Shown: positions 1-11,000, counted from the stretch's first letter. The stretch is 64,000 bases of DNA from SAR86 cluster bacterium SAR86B (GCA_905182885.1 CAJJCW010000002.1:24107-88106), one strand, 5' to 3'. Notes: generated by a model not told the origin, from the sequence alone. Program-made: numbers and translations.

Positions 1-861
1 CCAATCATCTCTAGTTTTTAAGATCACCTTTAAAGAAATAATTTTTTTAAACTCTGGCCAAAGCTCTTTGTTCATTTGATCTCTAAAGCGTGAGTCCTTA
101 ATATCAAGTTTTTCTAAAAGAATTTTATAGAACTGCGGCTCTATAGAACCAACAGCTATAAATTTGCCATCACTGCATTTGTAAGTATCATAAAAGTGAG
201 CGGCACCATCCAGTAAATTAGATTCTCTTTGATCCTTCCATAAACCCATGTTATTTAATGAATAGAAAAAGCTCATCAATGCTAGGCTGCCGTCAACCAT
301 AGCGGAATCTACAACCTGTCCCTCACCGGTTTTAAGAGAGCTAATTAAAGCTGAGAGCATCCCCACTGCAAGATGCATGCCGCCGCCGCCATAATCTCCA
401 ATTAAATTTAAAGGAGGTACTGGGTTTGAGTCTGCTCTTCCAATTGAATTTAATGCTCCCGACAGACCAATATAATTAATATCGTGTCCTGCTTGAAGAG
501 ACATATCGCCGTCCTGGCCCCAACCAGTCATGCGGCCATAAACAAGAGCCTTGTTTAAAGGAAAGCATGTCTCAGGCCCAAGACCCAATCTCTCCATTAC
601 CCCAGGCCTAAATCCTTCAAAAACTGCATCTACTTGTGATATTAGTTTATGGATTTCTAAAATAGTTTCTGGATTTTTTAGGTCTGCAACAATTGTTCTT
701 TTTGATCTGTTGTGAATATCAAATTTATTATGTTGGCCTCTTTGTTCTGGTCTACTTATTCTTATAACATCAGCCCCAAGATCAGCTAACAACATACCGC
801 AGAAAGGCCCTGGGCCAATACCAGAAAACTCAACTATTTTTATACCTTTTAATGGGCCCAT
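1..861 (-). CDS. Family III CoA-transferase (CaiB/BaiF; alpha-methylacyl-CoA racemase-like). The C-terminus runs off the window start
   Basis: Manual minus-strand translation from the ATG at 859-861 gives MGPLKGIKIVEFSGIGPGPFCGMLLADLGADVIRISRP...FEGFRPGVMERLGLGPE. This matches the conserved N-terminal motif of CaiB/AMACR-type CoA-transferases. The frame stays open to position 1. Confidence 0.75.
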   Translation of the reverse strand, partial: MGPLKGIKIVEFSGIGPGPFCGMLLADLGADVIRISRPEQRGQHNKFDIHNRSKRTIVADLKNPETILEIHKLISQVDAVFEGFRPGVMERLGLGPETCFPLNKALVYGRMTGWGQDGDMSLQAGHDINYIGLSGALNSIGRADSNPVPPLNLIGDYGGGGMHLAVGMLSALISSLKTGEGQVVDSAMVDGSLALMSFFYSLNNMGLWKDQRESNLLDGAAHFYDTYKCSDGKFIAVGSIEPQFYKILLEKLDIKDSRFRDQMNKELWPEFKKIISLKVILKTRDDW

Positions 862-870
862 TTGGTAATA

Positions 871-3342
871 CTATTGGAAAACTTTAAATTTAACCAATAA
901 ATTTGGTAATAAAGTTAGTGATACTTTAAAAGCCACAACCATAGCAATTGCAGTAAAGATTCCAAAGAGCTTAGTGGGAAAGAAATTTGAGAAAGCTAAT
1001 ATAGAGAATCCAGCGGCAATAGTAGCAGCCGTATAAAAGATAGCTCTTCCAGTAGTTGTATGTGCATTTGTTAGGGCTAGATCAATTGAGTTGGTAGCCT
1101 TAATCTCTTTCTTATATCTATATATGTAATGAATTGTATTATCTACCGCCATTCCAACGCTTATAGCTGCGACCGTAATTGTCATGATATCTAATGGCAG
1201 GCCGAATAAACCAAGAAGCCCCAAAACAGAAAAGGCAACGAAAATATTAGGAATTAATCCGATGAGAACAATTTTAAGCGATCTAAAAATGAGCAAAAGC
1301 ATTAATGCAATAACAGAAAATACGATTAACAGTGAACCAATTTGAGATTTAAATAAAGATTGAAGCATATTGTTGTAAAGAACAGCTAAGCCAGTTATCT
1401 CATAATCACCCTTCTCAAGGTTAAATTTGTTTTGTAGATCATAATCAATCTTTTCAAGAAGATCTTTTCTATTTAAATTCTTTGAAGATTCATTAACTCT
1501 TGCTGAAATTCTAACAACAGAGTCATCTTCATTTATGTATGCATATAGCAAGGTTTCTCTAATGTCCTCAGGGAGAACTGACCTTAGTAAGGCTAACTCT
1601 AGATCGTTAAGGTCTTCACCATCATTGATATCTCTAGCAAGCTTGATACCGCTTGCAACGCTTAAGACTTTTCCAATTTCAGGGAGTGATTCTAAGTAAT
1701 CATGGATATCCTCTAATTGATTTAAAGAGTAAACATTCCACCAGTAACCAGAAGCATTACTATTATCGTCCTCGAAAAGATCATCATCAAATATATCATC
1801 ATCAATAAAGTTAGTAACTTCCACTGACTTTGGTTGATTGATAATAATATCCAAGGGCGCTGTTCCACCAAGATTTAAATCTATCTCGAGCATCCCCTTG
1901 TGTATTTCGGTATCTTTAGCAAAGTAATCAATAAACCTATTCTCAACCTCAAGTTTTGAGGCTCCGTATAAGAAAACAGTAAAGATTATTGCAAAAGATA
2001 GATTTATAAGAGTTGAGTAGTTTTTAGAGAAGCTTAGTAAGCCTGATGTTATTCTGTGAAGGGAAAGATAGTCTTTTGTTTTAATGTAACCAATTATTGC
2101 TATAGCACTTGGTAGAAATGAAAAGGTGAAAAGAAAGGCAATAGAGATACCAAAAGCCATCATTTTTCCAAATTCAATCACTGGCTTTAAGTCTCCGAGA
2201 AGAAGAGATAAAAAAGCAACAGCAGTTGTAGTGGCTGCAAAAAAACACGGTAAGAACATCTGATTAAAAGCTTCTTTTAAAGCCTTTGTATAATCTTCAG
2301 GGTTCCTTTTTAGCTCATTTATCTTGACCAAAACATGAACAGATAATGAGATAGTCAAAATAAGTAAAAGTGCTATAAAGTTTGACGAAACTACACTTAT
2401 CTTCCAATCCATGTATCCAAGAAATCCTGCTGTAACAAATGTAGTTAAAAAAGCGTTAGCTATTGGCAGGATAACAAACCATATATTTCCAAAAAATATA
2501 TAGAGCATAAAAGCAAAGATTAAAGCTACAGTTGTACCAAAAAGAACAAGATCAGATTTTATATAATCCATCATATCGGAGGTAATCATTGTTGACCCTC
2601 CAAGGTATAAAGTAGCATCATCCCTATAATTATCTAAAACACTTCGAATATTAGCTATTAGAAGAGAGTTAAGAACTGCCTCCTCATCATTAAGCTCGCC
2701 TATTCTTTTATTAACCTGAAGAAGTCTATCGCTTAGTAAAATTTTATTATTAGATATTTCTGGTTCGCTTGAATTTAGAGAGTCCTTGATATCATATCTC
2801 TCACTCATTAAGGAGTTGTATTCATCGTTTGCTTTTAGAGATACCTGCATTGCAGTAATTGAGCCGTCTCTACTTATAATAAGATCCTTGTATATTGGAT
2901 TATTGATTATCTCTTCTTTAGCAAGAGCAAGATTAATGCCTTCAGATGTTAAATCCTTTAAATTATCAGCAACATCAGTTAGGCCTACCCGTGGCTGAAA
3001 GAATATGGGAGCGTCCATGAGCGATAAGACAGAGTCAACTCCATCTATAAGAGTTAAATCTTTTTCTATACTGAGAATCGTATCTAGTGACTCTTTAGTA
3101 AAAAGCTCTCCATTTGGTTCGTATGTTACGTATAAGAAATTTGAGTCACCAAACTCCTCCTCAGCTTCTCTGTAAATCTTAAGTGAATTATCACCTTCTA
3201 ATACCAAAGCATCAGAAGAAGCATCAAGTTTAAAATTTGAAATACCCATTGATGCTATAACCACAATAGATAAAACAAATACTAAAACTGATAATGGGTT
3301 GTTAATAACATTATCACAATAGTTCTTTATATAGGTTTTCAT
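871..3342 (-). CDS. MMPL/RND-superfamily exporter (two 6-TM bundles with large periplasmic loops)
   Basis: 823-aa ORF with two hydrophobic blocks (about aa 265-420 and 670-820), each preceded by a large soluble loop. No adaptor or OMP gene is adjacent. Confidence 0.7.
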   Translation of the reverse strand: MKTYIKNYCDNVINNPLSVLVFVLSIVVIASMGISNFKLDASSDALVLEGDNSLKIYREAEEEFGDSNFLYVTYEPNGELFTKESLDTILSIEKDLTLIDGVDSVLSLMDAPIFFQPRVGLTDVADNLKDLTSEGINLALAKEEIINNPIYKDLIISRDGSITAMQVSLKANDEYNSLMSERYDIKDSLNSSEPEISNNKILLSDRLLQVNKRIGELNDEEAVLNSLLIANIRSVLDNYRDDATLYLGGSTMITSDMMDYIKSDLVLFGTTVALIFAFMLYIFFGNIWFVILPIANAFLTTFVTAGFLGYMDWKISVVSSNFIALLLILTISLSVHVLVKINELKRNPEDYTKALKEAFNQMFLPCFFAATTTAVAFLSLLLGDLKPVIEFGKMMAFGISIAFLFTFSFLPSAIAIIGYIKTKDYLSLHRITSGLLSFSKNYSTLINLSFAIIFTVFLYGASKLEVENRFIDYFAKDTEIHKGMLEIDLNLGGTAPLDIIINQPKSVEVTNFIDDDIFDDDLFEDDNSNASGYWWNVYSLNQLEDIHDYLESLPEIGKVLSVASGIKLARDINDGEDLNDLELALLRSVLPEDIRETLLYAYINEDDSVVRISARVNESSKNLNRKDLLEKIDYDLQNKFNLEKGDYEITGLAVLYNNMLQSLFKSQIGSLLIVFSVIALMLLLIFRSLKIVLIGLIPNIFVAFSVLGLLGLFGLPLDIMTITVAAISVGMAVDNTIHYIYRYKKEIKATNSIDLALTNAHTTTGRAIFYTAATIAAGFSILAFSNFFPTKLFGIFTAIAMVVAFKVSLTLLPNLLVKFKVFQ

Positions 3343-3653
3343 TATTTTTTACGGATACAGTCTGGAGACTCTGATTTAGTGGGATTTAATTTAAATTCAT
3401 CTATATCAAATGCATTAATTGATAGAGCATGAATATTGTTCATAGTTGTTTTTAGAGATAAGTAAATATGTTTATGTCTTTGCACTAAGGTCATATTTTT
3501 AAAAATGTCACTGACAACAACAAGCTTGAAGTGTGACTCAGAATCTTTAGGTACATTATGCATAAAGCTTTCATTTACCAATTCAACATACGAGGGATTA
3601 TAAGACTCCTCAATTATTTTATTAATAGTAAATGCAATAGATTCATTGGTCAT
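3342..3653 (-). CDS. BolA family protein
   Basis: 103 aa with ...SHFKLVVVSDIFKNMTLVQRHKHIYLSL..., typical of BolA/YrbA-like proteins. The stop overlaps the downstream start. Confidence 0.7.
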   Translation of the reverse strand: MTNESIAFTINKIIEESYNPSYVELVNESFMHNVPKDSESHFKLVVVSDIFKNMTLVQRHKHIYLSLKTTMNNIHALSINAFDIDEFKLNPTKSESPDCIRKK

Positions 3654-3673
3654 AGTAATCTAATTATAAATGA

Positions 3674-3856
3674 TTAGTGCTTGATAGAGTCGGTGTTTAT
3701 TGTTTCTATAATTTTAATTACGGCTTCCCACCTTGCCCACTCTGACTCATCAAGTGATGCTGCATATTCTGCAGCCCTAAGCATGGCTATTGTCATAGCC
3801 TCCTCTCCGTATTGTGAAATAAGAGCTATGGCTATTTGCTGAAGATCATTTTGCAT
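3674..3856 (-). CDS. Small hypothetical protein (60 aa, helical, acidic)
   Basis: ORF only. It is tightly packed between the LpxH-like gene and bolA on the same strand. I do not recognise a family. Confidence 0.35.
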   Translation of the reverse strand: MQNDLQQIAIALISQYGEEAMTIAMLRAAEYAASLDESEWARWEAVIKIIETINTDSIKH

Positions 3857-3865
3857 TTTATAGAA

Positions 3866-4633
3866 TTAAGCTGAGCGGAGAAGCTTTGTATTCTGTCTTT
3901 CAATTAAACCCCAGTCAATTAGCTTGAATTCTCCTTCATTTGTCTCAACTAAGGCAGTTATTGATTCAACCCAATCTCCACAATTATGATATTCGATACC
4001 ATTTATATTGGTAATTTCTGCCTTGTGTATATGGCCACAAATTATTCCATCAAAACCTCTTCTTTTACACTCATCTGAGAGGCTATTCTCGTAATCTGAC
4101 ATTTTATTCATGGTCTTCTTGGTAGCATCTTTTAGATATTTAGCTAATGACCAATAACCAAAACCAAGCCTTGACCTGAAAAAATTTAACACTTTGTTGA
4201 GTGCTAGCAAGAAGGTATAAATCTTATCACCCAAGATTGAAAGACTCTTTCCAAACCTAGTAACAATATCAAACTGATCCCCATGAATAACCAAAAATTC
4301 TTTTCCTAGATGTGTTGTATAGGTATGCTCTTCCTTTAATTCAATATTCCCTAATTCTAAGGGCTGATATATTCTTAAAAAATCATCATGATTTCCCGTT
4401 ATATAGGTAACTTTTGTACCTTTTTTTGCCATAGAAAGAATATTTCTAATTACATTACTATGCTCTTGTGGCCAATAAAGCTTTGACTTTAAGCGCCAGC
4501 AATCAATAATATCCCCAACAAGAAATAAATTTTCACAGGAGTGAGATTTTAGAAAGTTATACAAGTATTTAGATTGACAACCTTTGGAGCCAAGATGAAC
4601 ATCAGATATAAAGATAGATTTGTAATCAGACAT
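3866..4633 (-). CDS. LpxH-family metallophosphoesterase (UDP-2,3-diacylglucosamine diphosphatase-like)
   Basis: Calcineurin-like phosphoesterase motifs are present in order: SDVHLG, GDIID, GNHD, HGD, GHIH. Confidence 0.65.
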   Translation of the reverse strand: MSDYKSIFISDVHLGSKGCQSKYLYNFLKSHSCENLFLVGDIIDCWRLKSKLYWPQEHSNVIRNILSMAKKGTKVTYITGNHDDFLRIYQPLELGNIELKEEHTYTTHLGKEFLVIHGDQFDIVTRFGKSLSILGDKIYTFLLALNKVLNFFRSRLGFGYWSLAKYLKDATKKTMNKMSDYENSLSDECKRRGFDGIICGHIHKAEITNINGIEYHNCGDWVESITALVETNEGEFKLIDWGLIERQNTKLLRSA

Positions 4634-4687
4634 AGCAACATTATGAGTTACCTAAACTTAGAGTCAACATTATATATATAAGAATTT

Positions 4688-5630
4688 ATGAATATTTTAT
4701 GGGTGAGAGACGGGAAAATTGGTCATGAAAAGCAGGTTAAGGTCCTGTTGGATGAGGTTGGTAAATCCATTGAAGTTTCGATAACAGAGTATGTTGTTCA
4801 GCCCTTTTCAACTCAAAGATTTCTTTCATGCCTATTCAAAAAATTACCATTTATCGACAATGAGTTTGATATTATTATTGGAGCTGGGCATTCAACTTAT
4901 TCAAAAATACTTAATTTTAAGAAAGTTTCAAAAAAGAAAGCCATAGCTATTGCTGTTCTTGTGCCATCACTTTTTAAAAATAGATTTGATCTAATATGCG
5001 CTCCATCACATGACTCTTATAAATTTAAAAATACAAATAATGTAATTTTCTTTGAGGGATCCTTGGCAAAGGTTTCAGACTCGTGAGCCTAGTTCTGATA
5101 TTGGATTTATAGCCCTAGGGGGTCAAAATAATCATTACAAATTTAATGAAAGTCATATCCTAAAACAAATTAAATATATGCTATCTCTTTATCCGTCTAA
5201 AACTTGGTATATATTTAACTCAAGGAGGACTAGCAAGCAAATGAATGATCAGCTAGCCTTTTTAGCAAATGAAAATAATAATGTTTTAATTGTTCTTAAT
5301 GATGATATCGATTCAGATATTTCTTTTGATGAAACCATCTCATCTGCATCAGTAAAATTAGTATCTCAAGATAGTATGAACATGGTTTATGAGTCATTAT
5401 CTTCAAAAGGTAATACATATGTCTTTGATATGGATTCTATAGAGAAAGATAATAAAATAGTAAGTCAGATAAATCGATTAATAAGCAATAGAGAGATTGG
5501 ATCCATAGAGTATTTAAATATGGCTGATGGTCTCAAAAAAATGCAACTTAAGCCTCAAAAAGAATTTAATGATGTTTATGCAGAGGTTGAGAAGCTTGCA
5601 TACAAACTATTGCAAAAGTTAAGTAAATGA
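4688..5630 (+). pseudogene. ELM1/DUF1022-family protein, split by a +1 frame change near 5046-5086
   Basis: Two overlapping ORFs (4688..5086 and 5052..5630) read as the N- and C-halves of one protein. The N-half starts ILWVRDGKIGHEKQ and the C-half has IGFIALGGQNNHYKF. The stop overlaps the start of the downstream glycosyltransferase. Confidence 0.5.
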
Positions 5631-6598
5631 AAGTAATTCATCTCGTATTAAGTAATGTGTTTGCTGGTATTGAACAGCATGTAGATGAACTTTCAATTTT
5701 TCAAGAAACTAGCTGTAATGTTACTGTCATGTGCAATGACTCGATAGCAGATAAGTTTAACAATAAACATGTCATAAGCTTTAGTAATTTTAATAGGCGA
5801 TCTCCGATTGGCTTATTGCGTCTTGCACTTAAATTAAAAAAATTAGATGCAGATATTATTCACACTCATGGAAGTAAAACTACTGAGATAGTTAATTTTA
5901 TAAAGAAATTTATAAAGCTAAATCATGTATGTACCGTTCATGGTATTAAAAAAAATACTCAAGCTTATGAGAAAGCAGATATCGCTATTACGGTTAGCAA
6001 TCTAGCAAAGAACTCATTAAAAACTAAATCTGTTGTTGTTAAGAATTGGTGGTCTCCGGCCCTGCCAGATAATATACAAAATGGTAAAAAATTCATTCTA
6101 GCTGTTGGGAGGCTTGAGGCAGTTAAGGGGTTTGATTTGCTTATTAAATCTTGGAAAGATATAAATCAGTCACTTGTTATCGTTGGAAGTGGAAATGATA
6201 GACGTAAGTTAGATGATTTGATTGAACTAAATAAACTAGAAGACAAAATATCTATAATTGATGAGGTCTCACCAGATAAGCTTTTGGATTATTATAAAAA
6301 TGCTGCATTACTTGTTATATCTTCTAGGAAAGAAGGTGGACCTAGGGTGGCTTTAGAGGCTCTTCACTTGAAAATTCCTGTTATATCAACAATGGTGGGT
6401 CATATGGCTGATATCTTACCTCTTGAGCTCTTAGCGAAGCCTGATAATGAAGAATCACTTACAAAATTAATTAGGTCTTATGTTGATGGTAAAACCATGA
6501 ATCAAGATTCTATATTTCGATATGTAAATGAGGAGTACTCGCTAACCGCTCAAGGAAATAAAATCCTAAAAGTCTATAAAGACTTACTCGTGTCTTAA
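5627..6598 (+). CDS. Glycosyltransferase family 4 (GT-B fold), probably LPS/envelope glycan
   Basis: 323 aa with the C-terminal GT1/GT4 signature ...SSRKEGGPRVALEALHLKIPVISTMVG... Confidence 0.7.
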   Translation: MKVIHLVLSNVFAGIEQHVDELSIFQETSCNVTVMCNDSIADKFNNKHVISFSNFNRRSPIGLLRLALKLKKLDADIIHTHGSKTTEIVNFIKKFIKLNHVCTVHGIKKNTQAYEKADIAITVSNLAKNSLKTKSVVVKNWWSPALPDNIQNGKKFILAVGRLEAVKGFDLLIKSWKDINQSLVIVGSGNDRRKLDDLIELNKLEDKISIIDEVSPDKLLDYYKNAALLVISSRKEGGPRVALEALHLKIPVISTMVGHMADILPLELLAKPDNEESLTKLIRSYVDGKTMNQDSIFRYVNEEYSLTAQGNKILKVYKDLLVS

Positions 6599-7792
6599 AG
6601 ATGTAGCTGGATCCAATCTTGCAGCTCTTTTTGCAGGCCAAATTCCAAAAAATAATCCTACTAGCAAAGAGAATGTTATTGAGCCAATTATTGCACTAAA
6701 TGGCATAGCAAAAGGCCAATCAAAAAGTGTGGCTAACAGGAAGAGAAAACTTGTGCCAATAAAAATACCAACAAGACCGCCTATTAAACATAAAAGCATA
6801 GCCTCAACAATAAACTGAAGCATGATTGCTTTTTGAGTAGCGCCAAGAGCTTTTCTTAAACCAATTTCTCTAGTTCGCTCTGTAACAGAAACAAGCATTA
6901 TATTCATAACCCCAATTCCGCCTACCACCAAACTAATGCCTGCTATACCAGCTATAAGTGCTGTAAAGATTCCTGTTGCTTGGTTCCGTAACTCTGAGAA
7001 TTGACTATAGTCATTTATTCTAAAATCATTATCTTTACCAGGACCAATATTATGTTTTTGTCTGAGAATTTGTTCAATAGTCATCATTACGTAATCAACA
7101 TTACTTTCATTTGAAATTCCAACGTTGATTCCATCAAGTCGCTCAGTTCCAAAAACTCTTTGAGCTGCTGTTAGTATTGGTATGTAAAACTCCTCATCAG
7201 GATTCTGCCAACCCGTTGAACCTTCCTCTTCTAAAATACCCACAACCTCATATGTAACGCCACCGAGAGTGACATTTTTATTAAGAATATTTTTAACTGA
7301 GGTTTTGAGTTCTTTTGGGACCTTAGAGCCAATAACAATTACCTTTCTTCTTCCAAGATTATCATCCTCATTGAATAATCTTCCGTGTTCGAGGTCATAG
7401 CCTCTTACTTCAAAATGAATAGGAAGGTATCCACCGACTCTAGCCCTCATATTTGAATTACCAAATTTGACCTGTCTATAACCGGACATGGTTGGTGATA
7501 TCTTCCAATCATGCTCTGTATTTCTAGTTAAGGCCTCAGCATCTTTTATAACCAAAGGGTTGATGCCCATGGTCACAGCCCCGCTTCTTCTTTGACTAGG
7601 TTGAACACTAAGAGTTCTGCCGCCAAGATCATCAATATCTTCTTCTAAAGCTTTATTTGCGCTAGACCCCAGTCCTATTACTGCTATTACAGCAGCAGTA
7701 CCAATGATGATTGCTAGAGATGTTAGAAAAGATCTAACCGCATTCGTCCTAATGGAGGAAATGGCAGAATATATAGCTTCCATGATCAGCAT
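6584..7792 (-). CDS. ABC transporter permease, MacB/FtsX type
   Basis: 402 aa: N-terminal TM, large periplasmic domain, then a C-terminal FtsX-like 3-TM bundle (ERTREIGLRKALGA motif). Confidence 0.8.
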   Translation of the reverse strand: MLIMEAIYSAISSIRTNAVRSFLTSLAIIIGTAAVIAVIGLGSSANKALEEDIDDLGGRTLSVQPSQRRSGAVTMGINPLVIKDAEALTRNTEHDWKISPTMSGYRQVKFGNSNMRARVGGYLPIHFEVRGYDLEHGRLFNEDDNLGRRKVIVIGSKVPKELKTSVKNILNKNVTLGGVTYEVVGILEEEGSTGWQNPDEEFYIPILTAAQRVFGTERLDGINVGISNESNVDYVMMTIEQILRQKHNIGPGKDNDFRINDYSQFSELRNQATGIFTALIAGIAGISLVVGGIGVMNIMLVSVTERTREIGLRKALGATQKAIMLQFIVEAMLLCLIGGLVGIFIGTSFLFLLATLFDWPFAMPFSAIIGSITFSLLVGLFFGIWPAKRAARLDPATSLRHE

Positions 7793-7801
7793 AGACTTAT
7801 C

Positions 7802-9019
7802 CTATGCTCCAAAACTAAAGGATGCATTAACTCGTTCTTTAAAGCGTTTTTGATAATTGACCAAACTCATACTAGGCAGAATATATAAAACGTCTCCTGA
7901 ACTTAAACCATCAATAATTTCAACATTAGCTAAGTCAGATAACCCGATCTGCACCCATGTAGGAGTAGGGCCATTTTTAGAGTCCTTTATTACAATAAAT
8001 TTATTAAAGCCTTCCCCTTTAACCCTATCAACTAAAAAAGTATCAATATCTGCTTTATTCATATCTAGAAGAGCTGCTGCTGAATATATATCTTTTCTTG
8101 TTCTAAGCGACATTGATGGAGCGCTAAGCGATACATCCTTATTCATAATTTCGATTACTACATCTGTATTCATACCTAAAAGAAGGAGATTGTCACCATT
8201 ATCAATATCTATTAATACAGGGAATGTAGTTACGTTTTGTTCTACTTTTGCCTTAGGTTCTATTTTAGAAACAGTACCAAAAAATTCTTTATTACGATAA
8301 GCGGAAACTTTGATAGAAACAGATTGGCCAATTTCAACTTTACCAACATCAATTTCATCAACAAGGGCTCTAACTCTTACTTTAGAGAGATCAGCCATCG
8401 TCATTAATATAGTTCCGCCACCAACGGCTGAAGTTGGCGAGGAAATCACCTGTCCAACTTCTACAGGTCTTGAAATTACAGTTCCATCTATTGGCGATCT
8501 TACAATGGTGTCATCTAATGCTATCTTTGCATTTTCATAAGTTACATCTGTTCTTACTAACGATGATTTGGCTTGTGCAAAATTTTCTTGAATATCTTCA
8601 AAATCTTTATCTGAAATACTTCCCTTAGCATGAAGCTGTTTCCCACGCGATGATTGAGATTCAGAATTTTTTAATCTAACCTTAGATGCTTCTAAGTCAG
8701 ACTTTGCCTGATCTAGTATATTTTTAGGGGTTCTTTGGTCTATTTGACCAAGCATAGATCCTTTTTTAACATAATCCCCCACTTCAGCTCCTAAAAAAAG
8801 AACCTCTCCAGATGCCTTTGACTTTATCTCTACTGATGAGATAGCCTCGATAACTCCTGACGCCTCTATATTTACCTCTAACTTCTCAGGGTTAACTTCT
8901 TTCTTTTTGTAAAACTGTGTTTCTTTTGATGCATCAGATCCCGATCCACAAGAAATAAGACTAGTGCTGATAATAATCATGCCAAGTGTTTTATATAGAT
9001 TTTTAGTATTATTTTTCAT
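7802..9019 (-). CDS. Periplasmic adaptor (HlyD/MacA family) lipoprotein
   Basis: 405 aa with signal peptide and lipobox (SLISC). It has coiled-coil and barrel-sandwich segments and sits between the ABC ATPase and permease genes. Confidence 0.8.
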   Translation of the reverse strand: MKNNTKNLYKTLGMIIISTSLISCGSGSDASKETQFYKKKEVNPEKLEVNIEASGVIEAISSVEIKSKASGEVLFLGAEVGDYVKKGSMLGQIDQRTPKNILDQAKSDLEASKVRLKNSESQSSRGKQLHAKGSISDKDFEDIQENFAQAKSSLVRTDVTYENAKIALDDTIVRSPIDGTVISRPVEVGQVISSPTSAVGGGTILMTMADLSKVRVRALVDEIDVGKVEIGQSVSIKVSAYRNKEFFGTVSKIEPKAKVEQNVTTFPVLIDIDNGDNLLLLGMNTDVVIEIMNKDVSLSAPSMSLRTRKDIYSAAALLDMNKADIDTFLVDRVKGEGFNKFIVIKDSKNGPTPTWVQIGLSDLANVEIIDGLSSGDVLYILPSMSLVNYQKRFKERVNASFSFGA

Positions 9020-9021
9020 AT

Positions 9022-9699
9022 TTATATTTGTTTATCCGTTTCTATTAATCCATCTCTTATTGTTATGGTTCTTTTCGACTGCTTTGCAATATCTTGCTCA
9101 TGGGTAATTAAAATTATTGTCTGCCCCTCTTCATTAAGTTCTTTAAATAAATTCATTACATCTTCTCCCGTCTTGGAATCCAAATTACCGGTCGGCTCAT
9201 CTGCAAATAAAATACTTGGTTTATTTACCAAAGCTCTAGCTATTGCAACTCTTTGTTGTTGGCCACCAGATAGCTCAGATGGACCATGATTAATTCGATC
9301 AGATAGGCCAACTTGATCTAAAACAAATTTAGCTCTAATGGCAGCATCTGCCATGTTGGCACCTGCATACTTCATAGGAAGTAATACATTGTCTAGTGCG
9401 GAATTTTTAGCGAGCAAATGAAACGACTGAAATACAAAACCAATTTCTTTATTTCTAATTCGAGCTAATGAGTCCTCATCCAACTCGTTAACCAGCTGAT
9501 TATTGAGATAGTATTCTCCGCTAGTTGGTGTATCAAGACATCCAATAATATTCATAAGGGTTGTCTTTCCAGAACCAGATGGACCCATTATAGAAATAAA
9601 CTCTCCAGCCTCAACGTTCAAGTCTATACCCTTTAAAGCATGAACAGTTTCTGAGCCAACGGCAAATGAACGCTTAAGTTGTGTTGTTTTAATTGTCAT
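9022..9699 (-). CDS. ABC transporter ATP-binding protein (MacB/LolD-like)
   Basis: Walker A GPSGSGKTT, signature LSGGQQQRVAIARAL, Walker B ILFADEPTGNLD, H-loop ITHE. Confidence 0.9.
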   Translation of the reverse strand: MTIKTTQLKRSFAVGSETVHALKGIDLNVEAGEFISIMGPSGSGKTTLMNIIGCLDTPTSGEYYLNNQLVNELDEDSLARIRNKEIGFVFQSFHLLAKNSALDNVLLPMKYAGANMADAAIRAKFVLDQVGLSDRINHGPSELSGGQQQRVAIARALVNKPSILFADEPTGNLDSKTGEDVMNLFKELNEEGQTIILITHEQDIAKQSKRTITIRDGLIETDKQI

Positions 9700-9779
9700 T
9701 GAAATGGATTATATACGAGTAAAGTTTTAAGTACATTTATGCTACATATTTATAGACACAAATAAAATAAAAAAGTTCA

Positions 9780-11000
9780 CTAATTAGCAGCGGCGGCTCT
9801 TAAATTTTCAGTTGAATCCATGTAGTTCAGCCATGGCAAGACATCTTTTTCTTTTCCTAAATTTGATGCTTTCGCTAGCTCAGTTCTAGCATTATCAAAA
9901 TCATCAAGTTCTATAAAGCATATGCCTATAAGTAACTCTAATGAACCTGGCTTAGATTTCCAGCCTTTACCTCTAGCAATTTTTAAGTATTTAATTGCAT
10001 CGGAGTACTCGGAATTCTGAAGGTAAATTTGGCCTATTCTATAATCATACTTGGGATCGTCTGATAGTTTAGTTACATTTATCAAGGCTCTAATAGCATT
10101 TTTGAAGTCCTTGGCAATAATATATGCATTGCTAAGCAACTCATTATGTTTGATGTTATTCTCTAATATCTTTAACTTTAAGCCCTTCTCTACAACTTTT
10201 GAGGAATCCACAGGGAGTCCCTTATACAAGTAAAAATTTGCTAAATTGATATATTCGGAAGGTTTAATTAATAGGTTTTGTTGAAGCTTGAATTCTAGTG
10301 AGGCTAAAGACTCCTCTTCAAACCTGATAACATTATAAACAGCTGCCATTTGTTCTATATAAGCTTTATTTTTTGGTTTAATCCTAACCAAGTTCTGAGC
10401 AACCTCAAGAGCCAACATGTACTGTTTTTTTTCTGTGTGAATGGCAAACTTAAGCTGTGCCCAATTTTCTACAAATATAGAAGAATTATCTAATGCCAAT
10501 GTGACGTAGATTAAAGCATTGTCCCATTCTGAGTCTTGAGCATAAATTGTTGCAAGTGTTGCGTATCCCTCTGGTCTTAAGTCAAAATTCTTTTCTGTTC
10601 CTATACGAACCCACTCCACAAATGATTTCTTTGCTTCGTCTCTTTGCCCATTAACATAAAGAACCTGTCCTAGAACAAACTTAAGCATAAAAACGTCATA
10701 ATCTGGCATTCTCTTCTTTGTATCAGCCTTGATAAGGTATTTAAGAGCCTCATCATTTCTGTCCTCGGAAAGAAGAAAGTATGCATAAGTTCTAAGAATT
10801 ACAAAATGATCATAAGACCTATCTGAATAAGAGTCATCTGCATAATCTTTATACGTTTTCTCAGCACCAACAAGATCACCCTTATCAACCTTAATCTGAG
10901 CTCTTTCAAGCATATTATAAACCCACTGCTGAATAGCATCCTGTGAGCTTACCGAGGTACTAAAAAGAAAAATAAAAACAATAAATAAATTTTTAATCAT
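9780..11000 (-). CDS. TPR-repeat protein, last gene of the TonB2-type cluster (TtpD-like)
   Basis: 406 aa with a signal peptide and repeated TPR-like helical pairs. Its start overlaps the tonB stop. Confidence 0.6.
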   Translation of the reverse strand: MIKNLFIVFIFLFSTSVSSQDAIQQWVYNMLERAQIKVDKGDLVGAEKTYKDYADDSYSDRSYDHFVILRTYAYFLLSEDRNDEALKYLIKADTKKRMPDYDVFMLKFVLGQVLYVNGQRDEAKKSFVEWVRIGTEKNFDLRPEGYATLATIYAQDSEWDNALIYVTLALDNSSIFVENWAQLKFAIHTEKKQYMLALEVAQNLVRIKPKNKAYIEQMAAVYNVIRFEEESLASLEFKLQQNLLIKPSEYINLANFYLYKGLPVDSSKVVEKGLKLKILENNIKHNELLSNAYIIAKDFKNAIRALINVTKLSDDPKYDYRIGQIYLQNSEYSDAIKYLKIARGKGWKSKPGSLELLIGICFIELDDFDNARTELAKASNLGKEKDVLPWLNYMDSTENLRAAAAN

